Part shown: piece after piece, positions 24,890 to 35,893 of the stretch
How the letters are laid out: every line of letters starts with the position of its first letter
How positions within the stretch are numbered: the stretch's first letter is position 1
DNA from: an uncultured Gammaproteobacteria bacterium
GTDB lineage: Bacteria; Patescibacteriota; Patescibacteriia; 2-01-FULL-39-33
Direction: 5' to 3'
NCBI GenBank assembly: GCA_964573235.1
Contig: CAZNIV010000005.1
Coordinates: 1 to 38,221, forward strand
DNA: 38,221 nucleotides
Program-made: the position numbers and the translations under genes
Notes under the pieces: generated by a model
Database searches by the model: none
The model's input: the letters and a program-made list of their open reading frames with translations, nothing else
Told to the model about the DNA's origin: nothing

Positions 24890-26347
24890 TCACAAGCCAC
24901 ACACTGAACGACCACTTGCCACAGTCACTCCATTTGAGCGAATATAATCCACGGCAAGAGCTCGCGTAACTTGTCGATAAAAATCACACATATCAGCAAA
25001 GAGATTGTGCCCACTTTCCTTAGAGAGACGAGAAACAACCTCTCTGGTCACGTGACACTGACCACCACACAAACCCTCGAGAATACAACCATAACAACAT
25101 TGATCGGCTCCAGGAAAACGCTCATTGACCAATTTGAGCAATTTCCCTTCTTTCTGGAAAATCTGGTCAAACTGATCGACGTGACCGATCTGAGAGGTCG
25201 CATGACTGCAGACCTTAATACTGCCATCAACATTGAATTCCAAAGACTTTCCTTCAACGGCAGCACAAAAAGAACGACTCTCCAGCAAAAGATTCCCGCC
25301 AGTGAGGTTCCTAAAGGCACTATCCCATGTTCCGAAAAAATCGATACCCCTTTCATTAGCATACCTCTTCAGGCGCATGAGCTTTTCCACTCTTTCGCCC
25401 GTCGAAATACCAACGAGGGCAATGAGATCATAGTCGAAGGCTATGGAAGTCATGCCTCTTTCAGTGGCAAGATCTATGATATCAGTATCAACTAACTCAA
25501 AGTTACCATTAGTAACCGTGATACTGAAACCATCCAATGGATAGCCAACCTCATTCAAGAGATCAAACTTCTCCAGTATCAAATCGAATGTTCCTTGCCC
25601 GCCCTTCGTGACACGAATCGCATCATTGGCCTTTGCCAATCCATCAAGAGAAGTAGCGATACGCACCTTGTGTTTTTTAAACACGCTTGCTATTTCCCTC
25701 GTCATCAAAACGAGATTGGTGTTAATGGCAAAATCAAAAGTCAAATCTGTCATGCTTTCGCAATAACAAAGGACCTTTTCAATTACCGGCCAGTTAATTA
25801 ATGGCTCGGCGTTGCCAAAATGAATCTTACAACGCTTAATGCCCTGAGCTCTCATTAAGGCAATATAATGATCAACACAATTTTTAGCGGTTTCAAAGCT
25901 CATATTAAGCTTGGTCACCGACTTTTGATAAGTCGGTAGAATTTCTTTCTCACTACAGCTTGACTGCTGAAAATGAATGCAGTGCTTGCAACCAAAGTTA
26001 CACGAATCACTAATTGCAAGACCCATTCGATCAACACTTTTTTGGGATTCTACTATTAACAGGCGAATCTCCCTTTGCTGTTGCAAAAACTTTTTCTCAT
26101 CAAATCCTGGCTCAATAAGAAAAAATATTTCAGAGAACTCATTGATGACATCGGATGGGTCTCCATCACAATCATCCAAGGCCCTTGAAATTGTTATTGG
26201 ATTCTTGAAAAGGCTTAAGAAATCCAATCCTTCGCGATTCACAATTCTTGGATTACCATAGAGTGAATGATAAACCATTGCTGCTCCCGATTCGGAATCA
26301 AGCACGGTGCGAACATAAGAGGACAACTTATAAATACGGTCCGACAT
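24890..26347 (-). CDS. Radical SAM / SPASM-domain enzyme with an N-terminal RRE (PqqD-like) extension. Putative peptide-modifying maturase.
   Basis: 485 aa. The Cx3Cx2C motif CNFGCKHC is at ~residues 116-123. An auxiliary-cluster SPASM region is at the C-terminus (CAAVEG...VCSH...CCYGCILEGLCGGQCH). The ~110-aa N-terminal extension (YKLSSYVRTVLDSESGAAMVYHSLYGNPRIVNREGLDFLSLF) resembles RiPP recognition elements. Confidence 0.8.
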   Translation of the reverse strand: MSDRIYKLSSYVRTVLDSESGAAMVYHSLYGNPRIVNREGLDFLSLFKNPITISRALDDCDGDPSDVINEFSEIFFLIEPGFDEKKFLQQQREIRLLIVESQKSVDRMGLAISDSCNFGCKHCIHFQQSSCSEKEILPTYQKSVTKLNMSFETAKNCVDHYIALMRAQGIKRCKIHFGNAEPLINWPVIEKVLCYCESMTDLTFDFAINTNLVLMTREIASVFKKHKVRIATSLDGLAKANDAIRVTKGGQGTFDLILEKFDLLNEVGYPLDGFSITVTNGNFELVDTDIIDLATERGMTSIAFDYDLIALVGISTGERVEKLMRLKRYANERGIDFFGTWDSAFRNLTGGNLLLESRSFCAAVEGKSLEFNVDGSIKVCSHATSQIGHVDQFDQIFQKEGKLLKLVNERFPGADQCCYGCILEGLCGGQCHVTREVVSRLSKESGHNLFADMCDFYRQVTRALAVDYIRSNGVTVASGRSVCGL

Positions 26348-26391
26348 TTTCTACCTCCATACTGTTTTTCATTGTTAAGGAACGACCATTA

Positions 26392-26420
26392 ATTCTATAT
26401 TAAACACTCTTAAATGTCAA
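26392..26420 (-). promoter_or_regulatory. Sigma70-like promoter (TTGACA, 17-nt spacer, TAGAAT) for the rSAM-peptide cassette. A second TTGACA lies at 26470..26465 without a clear -10.
   Basis: Read on the minus strand: TTGACATTTAAGAGTGTTTAATATAGAAT. The RBS GGAGGT lies 7 nt before the ATG at 26347. Confidence 0.5.
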
Positions 26421-26520
26421 CCCCTAACGACCTACTCCCTAGACACGCCTAAATTCGGAAAACTTGTCAAGGGTTTCCTAAAATTTAAAAAGCCCCGTCA
26501 AGTAAAATGGTCAGGGATTT

Positions 26521-27141
26521 TTAAATATTTTTAATTATTTTTTCGATATTAGGATAATATTTTTCAAAAGCCAAATCGATAGACTGCGTATCAATTGACA
26601 TTTTTTGTATGATATTCAATTCGGGGTCGATTTTTTGAAAAATTAAATCAACAAGTCTTTCTTTTACCCAGTGATCAATCTTATTTTCATTAATAAAAGA
26701 TTGAATGGATAGATGAACTATTTCGTGAATAGTATTTCTAAAAAGGGCCACTTCCGATTTGTTTTGAAAATTCAAAATAACCTGATTGGGTAAATTATAA
26801 CTTCCACCAACACCATATTTTGTAAGCTGTGTAATATAAACTTCCTCTTGTTTTAATAATGTTTCTTTAAAATATTTTTCTAGTTTCGGTGCAAATTTAA
26901 ACCACTGCTCACTAATAATACTTTTTATCTTCTCATAATCTTTTGAATCATATTCTTCTTCGGCAATATCAAATAAAATACTACCGGCAGTTTTCAAATC
27001 AATTTCCTCTAACTTTTTACCTGCTGGCAATTTTATCCATTTAGAATAACCGTTTTCAAGAAACCAATCGGCTTTATCTAAGGTGTATTTTATTCGCTCT
27101 TTTTCATATTTAAGAGAGTATTTTATATCTAAATTTATCAT
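26521..27141 (-). CDS. Hypothetical protein with an HExxH motif (possible zincin-like metallopeptidase)
   Basis: 206 aa. NTIHEIVHLS contains HEIVH. No other family signature was recognised. AT-rich host-like composition. Confidence 0.4.
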   Translation of the reverse strand: MINLDIKYSLKYEKERIKYTLDKADWFLENGYSKWIKLPAGKKLEEIDLKTAGSILFDIAEEEYDSKDYEKIKSIISEQWFKFAPKLEKYFKETLLKQEEVYITQLTKYGVGGSYNLPNQVILNFQNKSEVALFRNTIHEIVHLSIQSFINENKIDHWVKERLVDLIFQKIDPELNIIQKMSIDTQSIDLAFEKYYPNIEKIIKNI

Positions 27142-27171
27142 TTATTTTTTTTAAACCGCTACTTTTAATAA

Positions 27172-27201
27172 AAATCCCGACCATATGTTCGATCGGGATT
27201 T
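27172..27201 (-). terminator. Terminator-like hairpin between the response-regulator and HExxH genes
   Basis: AAATCCCGA-ccatatgttcg-TCGGGATTT. The T-tail is weak (TTATTAAAAG on the minus strand). Confidence 0.4.
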
Positions 27202-27207
27202 GTAATT

Positions 27208-27582
27208 TTATTGTTTTACTTCTAAGATTTTTCTCACTTTCTCAACCACATCCTTTGGCAAAACTTCCGTTTTGGCCCAAAAGTCAGTCACGCCCATCTT
27301 TTTCGCTTTTTCCATGACCTCACGCTTAATCAGATTGCTTAAAAATACAAAAGGAATATCTTTGGTTTTAGGATCGGCCTTAAATAATTTAAGCGTACCC
27401 ATACCATCAATCACCTCCATTAACATATCACAAATCACAATATGCGGATTGGATTTTTTAGCCAACTCTAATCCCGTGTAGCCATCCGAAGCCCACAATA
27501 GCTCCATATCATACAACTGAAAAGCCATTTTATACATTTCAATCTGGTCATTATCATCTTCAATCAATAAGGCTCTAATCAT
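27208..27582 (-). CDS. Single-domain response regulator (receiver)
   Basis: 124 aa with LLIEDD and the phospho-acceptor D in IVICDMLM. Confidence 0.85.
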   Translation of the reverse strand: MIRALLIEDDNDQIEMYKMAFQLYDMELLWASDGYTGLELAKKSNPHIVICDMLMEVIDGMGTLKLFKADPKTKDIPFVFLSNLIKREVMEKAKKMGVTDFWAKTEVLPKDVVEKVRKILEVKQ

Positions 27583-27592
27583 ATTTTTGAGA

Positions 27593-29833
27593 TTATTTTT
27601 TAACCCCTTTAATTTGCTTAATTTCCGTCTGACAATTATCTTTACATACTTGCAAAGAAACCGTAAAAACCGTGCCCTTACCTAGTTCACTTTCAAAAGA
27701 AATTTTACCACCCTGATGCGCTTCGATAATCTTTTTTACGATAAATAAACCTAAGCCCGAACCATCCGTATACATATTAACGGCATTAGACGCGCGCGAG
27801 AATTTATCAAAAATCTTTTTCTGTTCCTCCTTAGGAATACCAATACCAGTATCGACAATTTTAATAACCACCCTTCCTTTTTCCTGAGTCAATATCATCT
27901 TAACCGAACCGCTCTTAGTATATTTAATGGCGTCATCTACTAAATTAAATATGGCTTGTTCAAAAAAATCAGCATCCGTCAAAACCGTGCTAGTTGACTT
28001 ATTGGGCTTTTCTAAAATTAATTGCAATCCACGCTTTTGCGCTTCGTCAATATTATCGTTATAAACTTCCTGCAACACATCTTCAATCGCCACTGGACGC
28101 AAATTTTCTGGATCCAAAGTAAAATCATCGGTATCCATTTCACTGGCGCGTAAAATATCCGAGATAATTACATTAAGTTTTTTAGCCTTCCAAAAAATAT
28201 TATCAAAAAACTTTTGTTGTTGCTCTTTGGGTAATTTATCCATCGAACCCTCACGAAACATCGAAATGGTGCCCAAAATTACCGACACTGGCGTTTTTAA
28301 TTGATGAGAGGCAATATCCAAAAATTCCGAGCGCATTTTAAGTAACTTCTTTAAATGATCTGCTTGTTTGGTTAAATCTAGCGTTTGCTCATCCACTTTT
28401 TGCTTTAAAGTACTAGCAAATTCCTGCACTTCTTCATATAAACGCGTATTATCAATCGCAATACCTAATTGACTAGAAATAACTTCTAATATGCGCAAAT
28501 CTTCTTGAGAAAAAGGATTGCCCGAACGCTTAGAGCCCATGGCAATTAAGCCAATCATTTTATATTTAGAAAACAAAGGGATAACCAAAGCGATATCTAA
28601 ATTGCTTAATTCATAAAGTAAATCAACACTGCGTGGTTGATATTCACCACTTTCATAACGAGAGCGCATTTCATCAATAACACGAATTTCACGAGAAGTT
28701 TCAAAATAAAGTGGCAAAACTTTCTCCTTGCCCTTAACAAATTTCTTAAGCACTACTGGATCAAAACCGCGCTGCTCCACAATCTTTAGTTGACTATTTT
28801 TATCGGCTAAAACAATCGAAATACAAGTATAATGAAAAGCATCTTCTAATTCTTTAATAACCGCATGAAGAATCGCTTCAGAGTTACCAATCGAGGAAGT
28901 AATGTCGTTGATTTTTTCTAATAAAATTGATGGATTATAAACTTTGGCAAATAAAAAGCGATCTGTAACGCGTTCAAGAATCGATTTTAATGGCGGAAAC
29001 AAAATTGTTACCACAATAGCCACAATCACAGCACTGATATAACGAGCATTATTACCGGATACTCTTTCTACCAAGAAACTAATAGCGGAAGTAAGAATCA
29101 AAACCAATGAACCCACTACTACTACCAGAACAGTAAATACTGATGAGCGCTTCACCAGCATGCGAATATCCATCAAGCGATAACGGGTAATAGCATAGGT
29201 GATAAAAATAATATAGAAGAAAACTAAATACGTTCCAAAAGGATATATTTGAATAAACTGAGGAAAAAAATTGGTAACACCACCACCAGCACCGGCAATC
29301 AAAGCAAATAAAACATATCTCGCTTGATTCTTTTTTATACCAGTTGCCTTTCCTAAAAATCTAATAAGTAAAAAGGCGGAATAAGAAAAATAAATTACAA
29401 AATAGGCAAAATACCAATAATATAAAACTCCTGGCTCAACCCAATAATTAAAGCCTGAGCTTGGCGGAACGCCCTTAACAAAAAGGGTTCCATAAAAATT
29501 AAAAAAGATAAATAAAGCGCTAAGAGCATACCCGAGATTAATAACTACCTTCTGCACCTTATTCCTGCCCAATAAAACGCAAACGAAATGTAAAAAAAAT
29601 GTCGGAACCACAATAGCTCCCAAATATAATATCTTATTCCAGAAAAGAGCCATATTATAGCTGTCGGAACTAACCTCCATGCCTAATCCAAGACTCCACA
29701 ATCCAGTACTAAGACCAACAAAAAGCCATAACTTATTTAATAAAGAATTTTTATTTTTGAAATAAACCAAAAAACCCAATATTATAGAAAATATTGCTGT
29801 CACTATCGACGAAATTGCAAAAGATGAAAACAT
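27593..29833 (-). CDS. Sensor histidine kinase with an N-terminal 7TM sensor, GAF domain, HisKA and HATPase_c
   Basis: 746 aa. There are about 7 hydrophobic helices in the first 270 residues, then a GAF-like region, the H-box FLDIASHQLKTPVSVILG and ATPase boxes (VDDAIKYT, DTGIGI, GSGLGL). Confidence 0.88.
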   Translation of the reverse strand: MFSSFAISSIVTAIFSIILGFLVYFKNKNSLLNKLWLFVGLSTGLWSLGLGMEVSSDSYNMALFWNKILYLGAIVVPTFFLHFVCVLLGRNKVQKVVINLGYALSALFIFFNFYGTLFVKGVPPSSGFNYWVEPGVLYYWYFAYFVIYFSYSAFLLIRFLGKATGIKKNQARYVLFALIAGAGGGVTNFFPQFIQIYPFGTYLVFFYIIFITYAITRYRLMDIRMLVKRSSVFTVLVVVVGSLVLILTSAISFLVERVSGNNARYISAVIVAIVVTILFPPLKSILERVTDRFLFAKVYNPSILLEKINDITSSIGNSEAILHAVIKELEDAFHYTCISIVLADKNSQLKIVEQRGFDPVVLKKFVKGKEKVLPLYFETSREIRVIDEMRSRYESGEYQPRSVDLLYELSNLDIALVIPLFSKYKMIGLIAMGSKRSGNPFSQEDLRILEVISSQLGIAIDNTRLYEEVQEFASTLKQKVDEQTLDLTKQADHLKKLLKMRSEFLDIASHQLKTPVSVILGTISMFREGSMDKLPKEQQQKFFDNIFWKAKKLNVIISDILRASEMDTDDFTLDPENLRPVAIEDVLQEVYNDNIDEAQKRGLQLILEKPNKSTSTVLTDADFFEQAIFNLVDDAIKYTKSGSVKMILTQEKGRVVIKIVDTGIGIPKEEQKKIFDKFSRASNAVNMYTDGSGLGLFIVKKIIEAHQGGKISFESELGKGTVFTVSLQVCKDNCQTEIKQIKGVKK

Positions 29834-31003
29834 CTATTTCCTCTTTAACTCCTTACGAATTAAATCAAACGCTTCTTTAACTGTCGGCGGACACCTGGTC
29901 AAATTTGGCGCATTATATGCATCGGCAAATTTTTTAGTACAAGCGCCAATGGTAATAATTTTATCATTGGGATTCAATTTTAAGTCCTTAGCATTGCCGA
30001 TCACTAAATGCAATTTTTTATCCACCAAATACATCCAACGAAAAAAATCCCAGGCTAACCATGGTTTGGATTTAAAAATCTTTCCCGATTGATTGAGCGC
30101 CGTAATGCAACGAGAACAGCCGTCAGTTGGCCAAACATACACATTTTTACCCACTTTTACATACTTATCGGCCAAATTATAAGGATTAATATATTTAGAA
30201 TTTCTAGCCATTAATTGCGGTGAAGCAAATTGACCCAAGCCCAGTTGCTGAGATAAAACCACATGACCAGCTCGCTGATAATCCAATCCAATAATGTGGC
30301 AAGCCAAAGAATCCAATTCTACTATATCATCAGAGGCCATAATCAAATCCATCTTCTTAGCTTCGCCATGATGCGGGCCATTGCCTTCCATGCCCCATAA
30401 TCCGTCGATAAAATTAAAATCTGCTTTAACCGTTAAGCCAATATGCGCCACCATGTCTTGCAAATAACCAGAACGATGACACTGGATGCGATCTTCTTTG
30501 CTTAAAATACCCATTTGGTTCTTAATCGCAAAACTAACATCCGCCTCCATATGCGTTTTTAAAGCGCCAACATTGATATATAAATCCTCTTCGTGATTAA
30601 GCAAAAAAGTTGGGATATCAAAAGTATAATTTCCGACTTTAACCTTCTGACGATCAACTAAATCTAAATTTTGCAATTCTACTTTTTTATATAATTTTGG
30701 CAAAACATCAAAACCGCCACCCTTAACCACTTTTTCAAAAGGAAAAACCTTATCAGCGGTACCCAAAAGAGAAGAGTGACCGATTTGAATGCGCGTAACA
30801 GCGGGAAATTCTAAAAGCGCCTCAATCAAGCCTTTCATAAACTCCACTGAAGTATTTTCACCACGAATAACTGGCGGACGAGCCGATAAATTAGGTTTAA
30901 TAAAAATCCAACCCTTTGGCTCAACCTTAAATTGCGAAAATATATTTAAAATTTCAGCTTTTACCTCGCTATATTTTTTGATTTTAGAAACATCAACACT
31001 CAT
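29834..31003 (-). CDS. DUF362-like domain protein, co-transcribed with the HK-RR pair
   Basis: 389 aa. FIKPNLSARPP is an N-terminal motif typical of DUF362 proteins (my recollection of the family). Its stop abuts the HK start at 29833/29834. Confidence 0.45.
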   Translation of the reverse strand: MSVDVSKIKKYSEVKAEILNIFSQFKVEPKGWIFIKPNLSARPPVIRGENTSVEFMKGLIEALLEFPAVTRIQIGHSSLLGTADKVFPFEKVVKGGGFDVLPKLYKKVELQNLDLVDRQKVKVGNYTFDIPTFLLNHEEDLYINVGALKTHMEADVSFAIKNQMGILSKEDRIQCHRSGYLQDMVAHIGLTVKADFNFIDGLWGMEGNGPHHGEAKKMDLIMASDDIVELDSLACHIIGLDYQRAGHVVLSQQLGLGQFASPQLMARNSKYINPYNLADKYVKVGKNVYVWPTDGCSRCITALNQSGKIFKSKPWLAWDFFRWMYLVDKKLHLVIGNAKDLKLNPNDKIITIGACTKKFADAYNAPNLTRCPPTVKEAFDLIRKELKRK

Positions 31004-31029
31004 AGATAGTTATTATTTCTGACTAGTAT

Positions 31030-31060
31030 ATTATAACAGATTTTATAGACAAACACCAAA
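31030..31060 (-). promoter_or_regulatory. Promoter with an extended -10 (TGtTATAAT) for the DUF362-HK-RR operon
   Basis: On the minus strand, TTTGGTGTTTGTCTATAAAATCTGTTATAAT, with a perfect TATAAT at 31035..31030 and an upstream TG. Confidence 0.5.
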
Positions 31061-31111
31061 AATTAAAAATCGCTCCACAATGGAAACGACCTTTATTTAT
31101 AACGAAACAAT

Positions 31112-31639
31112 TTATTTTATAAAATCCCTAACTTTTTTCGCCACCTCTTCGAGAATTAAAATAGAAGTATCAACCACTGGACTATCCAATTCCACAAAAG
31201 ACGCCTTCATTTGCTGAGAAATATAAATATTACCATCAATAAAAACATTGATCGGCTTACCAATCACGGTTTGTGATTCATCAAAATAACCGTCCTTGGT
31301 ATACCTTCCCTTTAAACGACTTCTAATTATCTCTGGCTCCGCATCCAAAAAGATAGTAACGATTTTACATTCTTGATTGGTTAATAAATCCTGAAAATCG
31401 GCCGGTTTCACAAAACCGCAAATAATAATACTTTTATTCTCTTTAGCTAATCTAAAACCCTCTTCTGCCCAATATCGAGTTTCAGAGATACGCCAAGCAC
31501 CGCCGGCGTTAGATGGAACGCCGCGCTCATCAAAATCATGGATTTCGTATTTATCCTTTGGCAATAATGCCCTAAGATGAGGCATAATAGCACTTTTACC
31601 TACGCCATTAACGCCACTGATAAAATAAATTTGGCTCAT
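31112..31639 (-). CDS. P-loop NTPase / small kinase-like protein
   Basis: 175 aa with Walker A GVNGVGKS at the N-terminus. The size and layout resemble AAA_33/NMP-kinase-like small ATPases. Exact family unassigned. Confidence 0.5.
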   Translation of the reverse strand: MSQIYFISGVNGVGKSAIMPHLRALLPKDKYEIHDFDERGVPSNAGGAWRISETRYWAEEGFRLAKENKSIIICGFVKPADFQDLLTNQECKIVTIFLDAEPEIIRSRLKGRYTKDGYFDESQTVIGKPINVFIDGNIYISQQMKASFVELDSPVVDTSILILEEVAKKVRDFIK

Positions 31640-31693
31640 GATTTTTTATTTAAAAACAGGGTCATTTTAATTACCCTGTTTTTATATTCTAAT

Positions 31694-33187
31694 TTAATAC
31701 GATCTCGCAAATGCCCAACGCTTATTAACCTTAACCGGTTTACCGCAATGCACACAAACATGCTCACCACTTTCTTCTTTAGCATTAAAAGGCAAACAAC
31801 GGGTAACTGCTTTAGTCTTTTCTTTAATCTGTTCTTCACATTTGCCATCTTCACACCAAAAAGACATTACATAACCTTGCTCAATGGCTTTTTCAAATTC
31901 AGCCCAAGTATCAGCCGATTTAGTATGTTCACTAACCCTGGCTTCCGCTTTGGCAAAAATATTTTTCTGAATCTCTTCTAATAACTTAGTTAATTCGGCT
32001 TTCAAATCCTTAAGCGCTACTATTTGCTTAACGCCAGTATCGCGACGCACTAAAACACAAGACTGATTCGCTAAATCTTTTGGACCAATCTCAATACGCA
32101 CTGGCACACCTTTCTTTTCCCATTCGTAATGCTTTTCGCCTAGGCGTAAATTATCACGCGCATCAATTTCTATTCTAAAATCGGTCATCAATCCAGCCAC
32201 TGCCTCTTTGGCTTTAGCTACCGTTTCTAAATCACCTTCTTTAGCAATTGGCAAAACCACCGCCTGCACCGGAGCGATTTTTGGTGGTAACACCAAACCC
32301 TTATCGTCGCCATGCATCATAATAATAGCACCAATTAAACGAGTGGTAACGCCCCAACTGGAATTATAAGCATATTTAGTTTGCCCGTCTTTATCTAAAA
32401 ATTTAATACCAAAAGATTTAGCAAAATGATCGGATAAATCATGAGCCGTACCCATTTGTAACGCCTTACCATCTTGCATTACTGCTTCCATCGTAAAGGT
32501 ATCGCCAGCGCCCGGAAATTTTTCACCTTCAGACTTGCGACCAGTAATCACCGGGGCAGCCAAATACTCTTCCAAAAATGTTTTGTAAACAGTATTCAAA
32601 ATCATCAAAGCATAATCAGTTGCTTCTTTCGCCGTAGCATGAGCAGTATGACCTTCTTGCCATAAAAATTCGGTGGTACGCAAAAACGCGCGCGGACGAG
32701 TTTCCCAACGCACCACATTAGCCCATTGATTAATCAACATTGGCAAATCGCGATAAGATTGAATCCAACGAGAATAAGCATCATAAATAATCGTTTCAGA
32801 CGTTGGACGCACAATTAACGGCTCTTCGAGTTGCTTGCCACCACCAATCGTTACTACCGCCACCTGAGGAGAAAATCCTTCTACATGCTCAGCCTCTCTT
32901 TGTAAGAAGCTACTTGGAATAAATAAAGGAAAGTAGGCATTCTTAACACCAATCGCTTTAATCTTAGCGTTCAATACGGTTTGAATCATCTCCCATATGG
33001 CATAACCATAAGGTTTAATAATCATACAGCCACGAACTGGCGCATTCTCAGATAAATCAGCGGCCACAATTACATCCTGATACCACTGAGGGTAATCAAC
33101 GGCAATAGGGGTGATCGCCTTAGCTTCACCGGCGCTAGTTTTTTTGTTAAGTTCTTTTTCAGAAGTTGTTTTTTTATTTTCAGTCAT
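31694..33187 (-). CDS. proS: Prolyl-tRNA synthetase, archaeal/eukaryotic type with a C-terminal zinc-binding domain
   Basis: 497 aa with class II motifs and ProRS-type organisation. A C-terminal Cys cluster (CEDGKCEEQI...CVHCGKP) is typical of archaeal-type ProRS lacking the bacterial INS domain. Confidence 0.88.
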   Translation of the reverse strand: MTENKKTTSEKELNKKTSAGEAKAITPIAVDYPQWYQDVIVAADLSENAPVRGCMIIKPYGYAIWEMIQTVLNAKIKAIGVKNAYFPLFIPSSFLQREAEHVEGFSPQVAVVTIGGGKQLEEPLIVRPTSETIIYDAYSRWIQSYRDLPMLINQWANVVRWETRPRAFLRTTEFLWQEGHTAHATAKEATDYALMILNTVYKTFLEEYLAAPVITGRKSEGEKFPGAGDTFTMEAVMQDGKALQMGTAHDLSDHFAKSFGIKFLDKDGQTKYAYNSSWGVTTRLIGAIIMMHGDDKGLVLPPKIAPVQAVVLPIAKEGDLETVAKAKEAVAGLMTDFRIEIDARDNLRLGEKHYEWEKKGVPVRIEIGPKDLANQSCVLVRRDTGVKQIVALKDLKAELTKLLEEIQKNIFAKAEARVSEHTKSADTWAEFEKAIEQGYVMSFWCEDGKCEEQIKEKTKAVTRCLPFNAKEESGEHVCVHCGKPVKVNKRWAFARSY

Positions 33188-33191
33188 AATA

Positions 33192-35715
<2,524 letters not shown>

Positions 35716-35851
35716 AGAAATCTTAATTTATTAACTATACTGATTTTAGCGGATTTTGGCGATTTTTTCAACTATTAAACAAATTATGCCCATTTATGTC
35801 TGAAATCATTTAAATATATTCTAATTTAGGCGATTTTTATTAATATTTACT

Positions 35852-35885
35852 AAAAACAAAACCGTCGTGATTAGCGACGATTTTA
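35852..35885 (-). terminator. Terminator-like hairpin downstream of the large surface-protein gene
   Basis: On the minus strand, AAAAUCGUCG-cuaauca-CGACGGUUUU followed by GUUUUU. Confidence 0.45.
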
Positions 35886-35893
35886 GTAATAAG

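Noticed and set aside
24754-24969. 71-aa plus-strand ORF (MPNPADARLL...)
   Set aside because: It has no RBS, and it spans the minus-strand terminator, the 31-aa peptide gene and the 3' end of the rSAM gene. The minus-strand peptide ORF has a perfect RBS and a terminator and is the better explanation.
35716-35893. Possible T-box leader upstream of the lysS-trpS-proS operon, and a possible one upstream of argS
   Set aside because: Neither leader contains a GGGUGGNACCGCG-like core or an F-box. Both are short and carry only promoter-like elements.
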